64,000 nucleotides of DNA, taken from NCBI RefSeq assembly GCF_009914755.1, contig NC_060936.1; one strand, written 5' to 3'. Positions within the stretch are counted from its first letter, which is position 1, and each line of letters begins with the position of its first letter. Below, piece after piece: positions 41,201 to 54,829 of the stretch. Made by a program: the position numbers and the translations under genes. The stretch is from the human T2T-CHM13v2.0 reference genome, Homo sapiens. A model generated the notes under the pieces. That model saw only the letters and a program-made list of their open reading frames with translations. It ran no database searches and had not been told where the DNA came from.

Positions 41201-42369
41201 ATGTCTTTCTTTTACCTAAACCTAACCTATTTGTGCTTTGAGTCCTGCCTAAGCGCCACGGCTACTACTAAAAGCCTCCTCTCTTTCTGTCTTTATTGTT
41301 GTCTGCATTTTCTCTCTCTTGGGGCACAATCATCTTTTTTATGTCTTCTAATTCCAGCATGTCCTGGCTGCACCATGTTCATGTTAGGTAGACTAGGGTC
41401 CTTCATAGGCCAAAGCTTCCTTTTTCTGCCTTTCACTCTTCCCCCCTCACATAGTATAAAAAACAGGATCCGTGTTGAATGCATGCATGGATTTGGGGCG
41501 TTAAGAAGGATTTAATCGAGAAGCCAAATCTCAGGATGGCTCATGGGAGGTTTGTGGGCTAACAAAGTCCAAAGAGAAGCCCAGGAATTATCTTCTGAAC
41601 CCCATCATTTGCAGAGGGTTCCAAAGCTTTGGATAGTCACACTGGCCAGGTGGGGAGCTGGGAAAAGGGGAAGAGCCTGATTCAAAAGCCAGGTTTCCCT
41701 GGTTCAAATTCCAGCTCTTCACCCTCTGGCTGTGTGATGCAGGGCAAGTTGCTTTACCTCGCTGTGGCCCTGGTTCCTCATCTATAAAATGAGATAATTC
41801 ACACAACATATTGAAGGAAAGGATCTGGCACGCAGTATGGACTGCTGGCCATTATCTTTATTGCTGGGTTGTTTTCAGAGCCGCCAGGCCAGAAGAGGGG
41901 TTTTAAAGTCCGTTCCTGGTTACCAGAGGAGGAAACAGCAGCCCATTGAGCTTCAGAGACACCTGCAAGTTCATGGAACACCAAGAGTCAGATTGGCCCC
42001 ACCTGGTGACCTTGACGCCTTTCAGGACCACCTGGGCTCGCAGCCAGCTGTGGCCCTCAGAGAATGTGGATGCTTCTTTTGAAGAAAGGACAGGGATAGG
42101 GAGGGGACCCTGTGGCTCCCATATTGGATGAATGGGGCGTGAGTCTTGGTGGTTCTACCCGAAACACTCTGTTTCTCCCAGCCCGGTTTTCCCAGGCATG
42201 CCTTATAACCTGTTCTCCTCTAAGGAGCCGTCCTTGGCTGATCTGTCCAGGGACCTGGGCTCATCGCTATCCCCAGAATTGACTCGGGGGCCACATTGAG
42301 GGTCAGGGCCCTGCGCTGGGGTGAGCCCCGTTCCCTGGGTAGTGACCTTCACTGCTTCTGGTGCTAAGA

Positions 42370-42610
42370 TGTATGGCCTGCCTCTCCCCAGGCATTTATT
42401 TCTGCCTCTTCAGAAATATTTGGGGGTGATTAAAAGGAAATATTCATTTAACTGTAATGAAATGGGGTTTGGGGGTTTTGGAATGATCAGCCATGGCCTC
42501 GGGGGCCCGATGCTGGTTGATTTGATCACTGAGTTGATAGGCAATGGCTATTGATTTCTGTCCGCCTCCTCCCAGGAAGGGGCTGACGGAAGAGGTGACT
42601 CAGCAAAGGG
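42370..42610. promoter_or_regulatory. candidate enhancer with perfect ARE/MARE
   Basis: GTGACTCAGCA 42595-42605; ATTGATTT 42550-42557; repeat-free. Confidence 0.35.
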
Positions 42611-42660
42611 GAGATGTTTTGAAATTCAGGAGAGGGCTAGTGTGGGAAGCTGGAAAGCTC

Positions 42661-42684
42661 TGTGTGTGTGTGTGTGTGTGTGTG
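42661..42684. repeat. (TG)12 microsatellite
   Basis: Direct reading. Confidence 0.95.
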
Positions 42685-43040
42685 CTCACGCACGTGTGCA
42701 TGTGAGCTCTCCCTGCCTCTCCAGAGCCTATACTGCACACCCCCAGGGAGATGGGGAATGTAGATTGCTTCCTCTCCAGCTGCCTTTCCCAGGAGTATCA
42801 GGAGAATAACTGGGACTTTGGAGCCACACAGACCTGGGTTTGAAGCCTGCATCTGTCATTTCCCAGCTAGGTGGTAACCTTGTGCAAGTGGCTTCACCTC
42901 TCTGTGACTCAGTTTCCTCATCTGTAAAGTGGGTGAACAGTAATACCTGCTGCATGGCTGTTCAGAGACTTAATTGAGAATTTCTCTAATGGTAATTCAT
43001 GGCAGCTCTGATTTCACTGATATTAACTAATAATGAGTCT

Positions 43041-43770
43041 TTTTTTTTTTTTTTTTTGAGACAGAGTCCCTCTCTGTTGCCCAGGTTGGAGTGCAGTGCC
43101 ATGATCATGGCTCACTGCAGCCTTGACCTCCTGGGCTCAAGTGATACTCCCATCTCAGCCTCTTGAGTAGCTGGGACTACAGGCATATGCCACCACGCCT
43201 GGCTAATATTTTTATTTTTAGTAGACATGGGGTCTTGCTGTGTTGCCCAGGCTGGTCTCAAACTCTTGGGCCCAAGCGATCCCCCCACCTCAGCCTCTCA
43301 AGTAGCTGGAACTGTAGGCTGGTACCACCATACCTGGCTAATATTTTGTAAGGATAGGGTTTTGCCATGTTGCCTAGGCTGGTCTCAAACTCCTGGACTT
43401 AAACAATCCATCCACCTCGGCCTCACAGAGTGCTGGGATTACAGGCATGACCACAGTTGGAACTACAGGCAGGTGTCACCATGCCCAGCCCCAGCTAATA
43501 TTTTTATTTTTAGTAGAGATGGGGTCTTGCTATGTTGCCCAGGCTGGTCTCAAACCCCTGGACTTAAGCAATTCACCCACCTTGGCCTCCCAAAGTGCTG
43601 GGATTACAGGCATGAGCCACTGCCCCCAGTCCTGGCTAATATTTTTATTTTTAGAGGAGATGGGGTCTTGCTATGTTGCCCAGGCTGGTCTCAAACTCTT
43701 GGGCTCAAGTAATCCTCTCACCTCAGCCCCAAAGTATTGGAATTACAGGTGTGCACCACCATATCTGGCC
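43041..43770 (-). mobile_element. multimeric Alu (1 right arm + 4 left-arm units) within one TSD
   Basis: TSD TAATAATGAGTCTT on both sides; repeated private linker taatatttttatttttag. Confidence 0.9.
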
Positions 43771-44949
43771 TAATAATGAGTCTTAATTCCTGATAGAAAT
43801 AAGAAAAGGTACCAGGTAGGTGCCAAGGAAGGGGTGATAGATTTTGACTGAGGCAATCCTGGAAGACTTCCGCGAGAAGGGCCTTGAATGATGACACTTC
43901 CAACAACATGTGACAGAAAGGGGTGGGACAGAAAACACATTTCTGTTTCAGGAATTCATAGGCACAAAGGCAGGGAGGCATAGAATCTCTGGTGAGATGG
44001 AAGAACAGATGCTGTCCATTATGGCCGGGAGAGGAAAGAAGGACAGGGGACAACCTGGGGACAGGGAGAGGCAAGGATGTAGTGGAAGAGAAGTGTTGGG
44101 CTTTGTGTCAGCAGCTCAGTTGATAGGGTTGCTGGACAGGCTGTGTGCAGGCAAGGCCCACATGGTGGCAAGATTGTTGCATTTGAAATTCAGAAGCAAT
44201 GATAACACGCAATGCCACCTTCCATTGGCTGGACAGTGTGTGCCAGGCATTGCGTTAACTTATACCATCTCATTAAATCCACACTTCTGTCCCCATTTTA
44301 CAGGTGAGGAAACTGAGGCTCTTTGTAACATCTACAGGTGTACCCAAATGTACAGTTTTTGGTGACAGTGGGCCATGTCCCTTTGAATCACACCTAAGGT
44401 CTGCCAAGACCCCCCGGTGGCCTTCCTGCTCTGTGGCCAAGCCCACAGGCCCCTCACACAGCCTGCCCACCTGGTGTGCACCTGGAGTCCTTGAGCCCAT
44501 GTAAGTTTCTCCTTTGCAGGAACTTTTTTGACATCTGACTGGGGTGCATCCATTCTTCTTCAGGATTTCCTGCCTCATCTAATCAGGCAAAGATGTCATG
44601 TACATGTCACTTACAATTCTTTTCTCCATGTTCCCAGCTAAGTTCTTCTGTTGCCTCAGGGAGTTCCGGGAGCTGCAGGTTTCACCTGGGGAGGGCCCAG
44701 TGCTGCAGTTCCCACCGTATTCTGTTCTTGCTGGCTCTAGGAAGTTGGGAGTATTGGGACATGTGCCCTGGCAGGCAGAATGCCCGTCCTCTAGGTGAGG
44801 GAGCAGAGGGTGCAGGGAATGGAAAGGTCTGGGATGGGGCTTCTAAGTTACAGTGAGAAAACAAATGCCTGAAATTAAAATTCAAGAGGATGAAAAGCAA
44901 ATAAATGAGATAGGGCAGTTAGGGAAAGCTTTGGGTGTAATTTATTTAA

Positions 44950-46900
44950 ACTTTTTTTTTTTAACTTTTCATTTTGAGATAATTTCAAAAAGACTGACAA
45001 AAAGTTACAAAAACAGTACAAAGAATTCCCCAGATTCCCTGAATGCTGACATCCAGCCTAACCACAACACAATTACAAAGTCAGAAAAATTAACGTGGCT
45101 GAAACACCATTACATAATGGACTGACCTGACTCAAATTTTGCCAAGTGTCCCACTGATGTCGTTTTTCTGGTCCAGAGTCCAGTTCTGGATCATGTGACG
45201 CATGGAGTTGTTATTTCCCCATAGTCTCCCTTAATCTCCAACAGTTCTTCAGTCTTCTTTTGTCTTTAATGGCCTTGACACTTTTGATGAAAACTGGCCA
45301 TTTATCTTGAAGAATGTCCCTCCATTTGAGAATGCAGGGTGTTTACTTATGATTCGATTCAGGTTGTGCATTTTGGGCTACAGGAGTGATGTTGTGTCCT
45401 TCTCCATGCATTGGATCAGGAGGCACCACTGCTGTTAACTTTGGTCACTTGCTCAAGGTGAAGACTGGCTGGATCCTCTGCTGTAAAATTATTATTTTTC
45501 CCTTTGTAACTAATAAGTGCTTGTGTGGAAACATTCTGAGACAATGTAATACTCTCTGTCATCATTCTTTTGCCCAATAATTTTAGCATGCATCGATGCT
45601 TCTTGCTTGAAACAATTATTGCTATGGTGTTTGCCAAATGGTGATTTTCTGTTTCCGTCATTACTTCTACATTTATTAATTGAAGAGCTTTTTTCCTTCT
45701 TCCCCATTTATTTATCTATTCAGTTTTTTATTTATATCAGTGTGGACTCAGATTCATATTTTAATCTGTTTCCCCTCTCTCTCTGCCACCTCCATACCCA
45801 CTGTCTCTACCCACTATCTTTTCTCTCTCTTCCCCCACCCCATCTCCCCTCTCTGTCTCCACCCATTTTCCCCCTTCTCTTTGCCCCACTCTCCTCGCCC
45901 CACTCTCCTCTCCTTCACTTTCTCTTTCTCCCTCTCTCTCTCTTTTTTTGCAACTTTTTTTCTTGCTGAAGAAATCAGGCTGTCCTGTAGAGCTTCTGTC
46001 CATTGGGTTTGGCTGAGTGCATCTTCATGGTGTCATTTAATGCTCTCCTCCATCCCCTGGGTCTCCTGTGAACTGGTGGTAACCCCAGAGGCTTGATCAG
46101 ATGCCAGATTGACATTTTTGCCAAGACCACATTGCAGGTGGCCACATGCCCTTCTGGTAGAGGCACACGAGGTCTGGCTATCTCCCTTTCAGGGCATGGA
46201 GATTGATTGGTGGGTTCAGGAGCTGTCAGCCGGTCCATCCATTGTCAAGTTTCCCATCAGCTTTTCATCTGCTGGGTTTCATGACCACTGATAATCATTG
46301 CCTGGGTCCATGAATTCATTAGGGGTTGCTAAATGTGCTTACGTTCTTCCTGTCCCTCTTTCTCTCTCTTAGCTGGGCAATTTTCTCTACAGGGAAACCG
46401 CCCCTCATCAATTATTTGTTTACCCTGAAGGAAAGTATGTTTACAAAAGGGAAGATAGATGCTTAAATCTTTCTCTTTATTTGCTGGTTTTCAAAATAAT
46501 GAGCTGGTTCCCTAACATCCTCCAAAGGTGGCCTACGAGAGTTTTAAAAAATATCATTGTAAGCCCATAGTTGCAAGTGTAACAGAAGTGTCTTAATCCA
46601 TTTCAGTTACTGCCCTTATTTATGCTCCGACTGTCCCATCTCTGGCATGTGGGGGCCTCTGACCCCTCTGGACTGCCCCAGCGACCTTGGATGCCCTTCT
46701 TGCTTTCTGGGAGGACAAGTTGATCCAAGCTCATTCCATATGTTTCCCACCTCAGTCTTGGACTCAGGCTTTGCTCCAGGGATCCCTGGACTAATGGTAT
46801 TTAGAGACCACAGTCTGGGTGCTGAAAGAACAAATGTACAAAACATCTGTTATCACACAGGTTGGGGCATTTTTGGTAGTCCACAGTGGATAGGATGGTG
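44950..46900 (-). mobile_element. L1MC-type 3' region with internal CT-rich tract (45770-45960)
   Basis: ttttcattttgagataatttc...ggccttgacacttttga...tattgctatggtgtttgccaaatggtgattttc...gagaccacagtctggg. Confidence 0.75.
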
Positions 46901-47050
46901 GAGAAGGGGAAAGGCAATGGCTTTGATCTTGGATCTCATCTCTTTCCTAACCCAGTTGCAGGTTAATGAGCCACTGGAAACCATTAAATTACTTCTCCAA
47001 CTTCTTCATTTAGAAAGCAAGGGTGGATCTCCCCCGATCTCTAACAACTT

Positions 47051-47325
47051 CTTTTTGTTTTTTGGTTTGAGATAGGATCTCACTCTGTTGCCCAGGCTGG
47101 AGTTCAGTGGTACAATCATAGCTCACTGCATCCTCCAACTCCTAGGCTCAAGCCATCTTCCTGCCTCAGCCTCCAGAGTGGCTGGAACCACAGGTGCCCA
47201 CCACCACACTCAACTAATTTTTTTTTTTTTTTTTTTAAGTAGAGACGAGGTCTTGCTTTGTTGTCCAGGCTGGTCTCAAACTCCTAGGCTCAAGCAATCC
47301 TCCCACCTCAGCCTCCTGAAGTGCT
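47051..47325 (-). mobile_element. Alu (AluJ), 5'-truncated
   Basis: Antisense Alu ending at gaagtgct. Confidence 0.93.
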
Positions 47326-47569
47326 TCATCTCCAGCTTCTTAATTAGTATTGGCATTTTACTGGGGAAGGTCTTTGAGGTCAGAGACGCCCATAGACAAC
47401 CAAGGCCACTTGTGATCCATCCATCCCCAGTTGGATGCTACATGCTTTTGTTTTGCTACTTGACATGATACAATCTAGCACAAGGAGCTTGTCACTGCTG
47501 TTTGCCTCTTAGCATCTTAGGTTTGAGGGGTGGCAGACAACAAGAGAGTTCACTGAGGGACCTCTTCTT

Positions 47570-47990
47570 CCCCCAGCAAATCCAGACCAGACAAATGCCA
47601 TATAATATCCCTTCGCCAGAGTGACTCAAACATTAATACGGGCCTCCAAGTGTTACCTCTGCCTTTATCTGAGCAGGCTGCATTCTACATTTGAGGTTAA
47701 AACTCACATTTCATTTTTATATGCTGTGCTTAATCCAATAATGATTTCTTGTTACAAACAGAAATAATATCTTTCAGCATAGTTAATCAGAATAGACTTA
47801 ATGCTGTCACTATTTATTAACCTTTGTTGAAAAGCAAGAAGTTTCTCTCTAATCTGTGATTGCTGGTCTTGTCAGGCTCTATCAAGTGAAAAAACAGTTT
47901 TGGCATTCATTAAAACAGTGCGAATCCTGAAATGACAATTGGAGCTGGATGGTATTTGGTGCATGAAATCTTCGTTGTGTTCACCAGGAT
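47570..47990. promoter_or_regulatory. candidate conserved enhancer (homeobox-rich)
   Basis: AT-rich and repeat-free. TGACTCA 47622, TAATCC 47731, CCTTTGTT 47821, TCAAGTG 47882, multiple TAAT. Confidence 0.45.
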
Positions 47991-48194
47991 AACTGAGAAG
48001 GCTGGGGAGGCGTGAAGGGGGAACCCACACGTTCAAAGGACTGAGTGTTTCATCCCCAAGTCCCTCTTGGATAAAGAAACTGTTCTTACGAATTGGGAAA
48101 GTGGGGCAGAGGATGGGGTGCAGGGGAGGGGAAGGGTGAGGCCTGCTGGTGCCTCTTGCCAGAGAAACATCATTAGTTCAAGACAATGGCTTTT

Positions 48195-48494
48195 GGCCAG
48201 GCACAGTGGCTGACGCCTGTAATCCCAGCACTTTGGGAGGCCGAGGTGGGCAGATCACCTGAGGTCAGGAGTTCGAGACCACCGTGGCCAACATGGTGAA
48301 ACCCCATCTCTACTAAAAATACAAAAATTATCTGGGCATGGTGGCGTGCACCTGTAAACCCAGCTGCTCAGGAGGCTGAGGCAGGAGAATCGCTTGAACC
48401 CAGGAGGCGGAGGTTGCAGTGAGCCGAGATTGCATCACTGCACTCCAGTCTGGGTGACAGAATGAGACTCTGTCTCAAAAGAAAAAAAAAAGAG
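48195..48494 (+). mobile_element. Alu (AluSx-like)
   Basis: TSD AGACAATGGCTTT at 48181-48193 and 48495-48507. Confidence 0.97.
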
Positions 48495-48757
48495 AGACAA
48501 TGGCTTTGAACTTGGATCTCAGATGCCTCATCTCTTTCCCAACCCTATCCAGCGCTAATGATCTACTGGGAGTCATTTATTCACTTTTACTCCTCCCCAC
48601 AACTTCTTTTTCATTTAGTAAACAAGGTTGGGTCTCCCCGATCTCCAAGGCCCACATTCAGTTGGAGTCCAGTTGAAGATGTCCATCAAAGCAAAATGGC
48701 AGCCATCAGATGTCAAACTTCTACGTTAATAGAATCCTTTGGCAGTGATCTCAACTG

Positions 48758-48900
48758 GTAGTCCTCAAACTTCAGCATGCATAAGAATCTCCTAGAGAGA
48801 TTCCCCATTCCCAGGAATTTAATAGGCCCGGGGGTACTTGAACTTCTGCATTCCCAGGTGATGCTGATGCTGCCTAAAGCACACCACACTCTGAGTAGCA
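48758..48900. mobile_element. MER5A fragment
   Basis: gtcctcaaacttcagcatgcataagaatc...ccaggtgatgctgatgctgc...accacactctgagtagc. Confidence 0.7.
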
Positions 48901-49369
48901 AGGCTCTGTCAAATAACAAGAAAACCCAACAGTACAGTTGGCCAATTGCTGGGCCTTTCTGGACTTGAATTACAGAGTTTGAGTCTTGCTAACGGCAGCA
49001 AGTCCCCTAAAGGCAAATTTGCCTTTAAAAAAAAAAGAAATGAAAGCTTTGAACTTGCAGAAGCCTCTTGCAAGGGGAAACGGTTCTCCCACGGGGCTTC
49101 TCCTTTCTTTTTCCCTCAAAGAACCCACAGACATGTTTCTCAGGAAGTCCCTGTGGGGTCTGTACCTCCCAAAGGTGATTTGGAGAAAAATCTAATCTAG
49201 TAAAGAAGTCCTGATGCTGGGAGGCCTGGGCGGGATATTCTGCTAAGCAAAGAAAGTGGTTGCTCAGGACTTGGGTGAGGGATCGAGGTCTGTGGCCAAT
49301 TGATCTCTCCTCTCACAAGAAGGGTCGAGTGGCTCAGTGAGTTTTGCCCATGTCAACGGGGAGGTGAGC

Positions 49370-49695
49370 AGGTGCTGTTAATTATTTAGGAAGAATTAAG
49401 CAGTCTGGGTGGGTGGGTTTTATGCTCTGTTTGGTAATAAAGATTGCTGCAGAAAGGAATTTTAAAATTCAGTATTCTCATTTGCCTCATATTGCAAAGA
49501 AGCCGAACCTGGGTTTGACTGGTGGAAGCATCTGGAATTAGTGAACCACCTTCTTACAGTGCAGAAATCAATGTTTGCTGCATTAATTGCATGATGCTGA
49601 AACCCCGCTTTTTATTTCTGACTCGCAGAGCTATGGCCTAAGAAATCTCTCTTAAGCGGCGTTCTGGGGCTTTTGCTGTTTCCTTAATCTGTCTG
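49370..49695. promoter_or_regulatory. candidate conserved enhancer
   Basis: Repeat-free; AAATCAAT 49565-49572, TGCATTAATTGCAT 49579-49592, TTAATTA. Confidence 0.4.
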
Positions 49696-50724
49696 GGCGT
49701 GGGGAAGGAATTGCTTCATCATGGAGGTGTGACACAGGGGGACGTGGGGGGAACTTTTGGACAAGCTGTGTGCTTTGGGGACCTAATGGGGAGGGCCTGG
49801 GAAGCCCACAGCAGGACTTGAGGATCTGGCTTCTCTTAGGTAGCCGTACTCTGTCCTGACTTCCATCTCCTGAGAGTTTCCAGCTCATCGAGTTCTTTTA
49901 GGTTAAAATAAGCCTTAATAAAGAAGTTCATGTTTTTCAGCTGGACAAATGTCCCTTGCTTCTCCTGTGTTTTATATTATAACCCTTTTGGAATGTGGAC
50001 ACCTTGATCCGAGGCATAACTTGGCCAGCATTTTCCTAAGTACTGGGTCATTGGACAGCACCACTGTGCTCACCCCGGCTGGGTTCAGCGTCTCTGCAGA
50101 CTGAGCCTCAGTGCTTGGCACTTTGGACAGAAAGTGACGCGTATCTGAGGATAGACATATTTGGAGGATTTGAGGCATATTTTATTTGATTTGAGCCATA
50201 TTTGGAGGAAAGCATAGGAGCTTGCCAGGGAGGGAGGAAAGTAAGGGCATCCCAGGCAGAGGGAACAGCATGAACAAAGACCCTGAGGCCTGGAGCCCCG
50301 AAGTTAATAGAGTAGGAGTGATGGAGGGGAGCCGGGAGGGGTAGAGAGGACCCGCTGGGGAGGAGCCTAGGAAGGTGCATCAGGCCTTGACCATCTGACT
50401 CAGAACTTGTGATTCTCTCCAGTAGATGGTGGCAAGCCTGGCAAAGTGTCTAAGCAGGGGATGAGATGACTGGTGGAGTTTTAATTTTCATACTGTAATT
50501 TTTTTGTTTTTGTGTATATTCCATGAGCTTTGACCACAATCAGAATATGGAACAGTTCCATCACCCCCCGAAATTTCCTTGTTGCTGCTCCTTTACATCC
50601 AACCCTTCCCCCACCCCCTACACCTGACAACTGTTCTCTGACCACATTGCTTTGCCTTTTTCCAAATGTCATGTAAATGGGATGATGCAATATGTGATCT
50701 TTTGAATCTAACTTCTTTAATTAA

Positions 50725-51031
<307 letters not shown>

Positions 51032-52410
51032 TCACTTCTTTAATTTAGCATAACACATTTGGGATTCATCCACATTGTTGCAAGTATCTGTAGTTTTTTC
51101 CTTTTTATTACTGAAAAGTGTTCCATTGTGTGGTCATAGCACAGTTTGTTTATTCATTGACCTGGTGAAAGATGTTCAAGTCATTTGCAGTTTCTACCAG
51201 TTTCAAATAAAGCTGCTAAACATTTGCATATAGGTTCTTGTTTGACCATAGCTTTTATCTCTCTAGGATACATACCTAGGAGTGGGATTGCTGGATCATT
51301 TGATAAGTGCATGTTTAACTTTTTAAGAGATTGCCAAATTTTTTCTAAAGTGGCTGTACCATTTTGCATTTCTACCAGTAACATATGAGAGTTTCAGTTG
51401 CTCTACAAGCTCACCAGCATTTGATATTATCATTTTTTTTTCTTTTTCAATTTTATGCATTCTAATAGGGGCATAGCAGTATCTCATTGTGGTTTTCATT
51501 TGCATTTCCCTAATGATTAATGATGTTGAGCATCTTTTCATTGCTTATTTGCTGTCCGCATGTCTGTTTTAGTGATGCTTCTCTTCATATATTTTGCCCA
51601 TTGTTTAGTTGGGTTGTTTGTTTTCTTCTTGATGAATTTTGAGGATTCTTTATATATTCTGGGGATCAGTTCTCTGTTAGATAGGTGATTTGGAAATATT
51701 TTCTCCCAGTGTGTGGCTTGTGTTTTCATTCTCTGAAAGTGCAGGTAAAGATGCTGCAGCCGTGAATGTCTCTAACTCTGCCACACTCCAGCCATACTGG
51801 CCTTCTTTCAGTTTCTCAAGAAAATGAACCTCTTTCCTTCTCCAGGGCCTTGTCCTAAGCTGTGCCCTCTGTCTGGAATACACCTTCTCTCATATCTGCT
51901 GTAAGAAATCTTTGCTTAGCTCCAAAGATATTCTCCTATGTTTCTTTTGGAAGTGCTGTTGCTTTAGCATTTATGTTTGGGTTTGTGATCTGTCTCAAAT
52001 TAATGTTTGTGTATGATGTGAGATAAGGGTTTGAGGGTCATTTTCTTTTTTCTTTATGGATATCCATTTGTTCTAGCACCATTTGCTGGAAAGATTTTAT
52101 TTATCACTTTCCATTGTTTTGATTCCTTTATTCAGAAAGCAAATGAGCATCTAGGTGTGGATCTATTTCTTGGCATTTTATTCTTTTTCATTGATCAATA
52201 TGTCTATCCTTATAGCATTACCGTACTTTATTGATTACTATATCTTCACAGTAAGTTCTGAAATTGGATAGATTAAGTCTTCCAACTTCATTCTTCTGTT
52301 TCAAAGTTTCTTTGGATATTCTGTGTCCTTTTAATTTTATGTAAATTTTAGAATTGGCTTTTCAATTTCTACAAGAAACAAACAAGCAAACCTGCTGGTA
52401 TTTTGATTGA

Positions 52411-52729
<319 letters not shown>

Positions 52730-52789
52730 ATAAAATTTCTTAATAATATTGAATCTTCCAATCTATGAACATGGTATATCTCCATTTTC

Positions 52790-53110
52790 TACCCCATGCT
52801 CTTCCCCTGCTTACTCTTACTCCTCTATCAGGTGCCAGTTTAAGTGTTATCTTCTCAAGGAGGTCTTTGTTATCTCCTGACTCGATGATCCAGCTCCTGT
52901 TATACCCTCTGGTGCCCCCTCTTTTTCTTCTTGGAACTAATCACAGTGGTATTAATAATTATTAATGTGAGTATCTGTTTTGCATTTGTCTCCCCCACTA
53001 GACCATAAGTTCCATACAGGCAAAGATCAGGTCTGCCTTGTTCACAGACTAGCACACAGTAAGTTGTCAATGAAGATTTATAAATGAATGAATGAATGAA
53101 TGAACGAATC
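52790..53110 (+). mobile_element. L2 3' end
   Basis: tgtctcccccactagacc...tctgccttgttcac...(gaat)n terminus. Confidence 0.8.
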
Positions 53111-54350
53111 CCCTCCTATTCTTTGACATAGATCTGAGAACACTGGCTGTTGTCATTCACAGTTTGATGAATACCTTGGTCTCTGTTTGCTGATGGAGAA
53201 CCCAAGCCCTAATCCCTCACCCCTTTCTTGGCCTTCTGCCTAAGGCTTAGTTCCTGCTGATATGCATTATATGTTGAGAACTCCTATTCATTTGACAGGT
53301 AGATGTGTGTAATTATGATTTTTAAAAATGAAATTATACATCTACAGAGAATTTTTAGGTAATGATTATAATACAGAAGTTTAATTTATCTGGGGGAACG
53401 AAAGATGTTGCTTTCACAGCATCAGTCAGAGCATTGGAAAAACCAGTGGTGGAATCTTGATTGAATTAGGCTGTGCTTATAATTAGGAAATGCCAAGGCC
53501 TGCAGAATATTGAGAAGTGGTGAGGACAAAGTGATGCAATTAAGAGTCTCTTTTCCCCCCTTTCAGCAGTTTAGAAGCATTGTGTTGTTAACTAATTGGT
53601 TTGTGGATGCTACTTGGACTTATAGATTTCATTCTACATTTTGATCCCAAGTCAATATATAGGCCCTGGCATTAATTAAATCCCCAGGGTGAGCATTTCT
53701 ATGGAAGACTTTAGGAAGAACTTTCTGAGAAGGAGTGTGATTGTTGGGACAAGTTCCCGAGGCATATTACAGGATGTTGGTGATTCAGAGCAAGTTGAGA
53801 GAGAGAAGAAGCCCAAGAATGGAGAGTCCTGTGGAGGACTCGACTTTTGGAAGAGACCAGAGATAGTTTACTCTGAATTGGATCTGGAGCTGGTTAATAT
53901 AAACAAAACAGAAACTCAATTGGAATTCCTTCAGGGCTTTCCTGAAGAGCAATGGGAAAAAAAATCTAACTTTATCACAACCAGAGATCATAATTTCCTC
54001 CAACAATAATAGCTTATGTTTCTATGGTGCACTATCTCATTTTAGTTGGAGAACATTCTGGTAAAGCAAGGGCACATACATTCATCCTTATTATTTTCAT
54101 ACCACGGACTGTGACTGGCCTGAGGTTGCAGAGCTGGCAAGTGGCAGATTCAAATGTAAATCATTAGACAGCTAATACTGTGCTCCATTCCTTACACCTT
54201 GCCAATGAATTCATATTAATTGAAGTTTTCCTCTTAGAGGCATATGATCTAGGTTGAAAAGAGGGTAAGAGGTTTTAGATGAATGTTTGTGGTTTTGGAG
54301 AATATGGTGATATTGCTAATAGTAGTCATGAATTCCACTCATTGAGCAAT

Positions 54351-54760
54351 GTATCAGTAAGTACAGGCTACATTATGCTGCAGTAACAAAAGACCCCCAA
54401 ATTTCAGTGGCTAAACTTAACAAAGCAACTTTCATACTCGCATGACCCATTCATTGGCTACATGTCCATCATATATGGGCAGTGGACTTGGCTCATCAGT
54501 GTCTCTTTAGGGACCCAGGCTGATGGTGCAGCCACCAGCTCTGATGTGCCATTCACCATGCTAGAAGTATGGAGACCTCTAAGGGTCTTGTACCTATGGT
54601 AAAATGCTCCACTCTGGAAGTGACACATCACTTACTCATTGGCCAAAACTAGCAACTTGGCCTCATTCAACCACAAGAAGCCAATAAACACAATCTTACC
54701 TTGTGCATGGGAGAGAGAAATCCAGAAATATTTGACAAAACAGCATGAATGATGACCATA
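54351..54760 (-). mobile_element. MLT1J/I-type MaLR LTR
   Basis: tatgctgcagtaacaaa...atttcagtggct...gggacccaggctgatgg...ggaagtgacac...cattggccaaaactag. Confidence 0.8.
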
Positions 54761-54829
54761 AGCACTCAGTAAACAACAAGGAGTTCCTCTGACCCTACAA
54801 CAGACCTCCAAGATGACACTGAGAGCTAA

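Noticed and set aside
43163-43773. ORFs with repeated peptide units
   Set aside because: Read-through of the Alu multimer
53689-54009. 106-aa ORF with protein-like composition
   Set aside because: Non-ATG start, no recognisable homology or splice context
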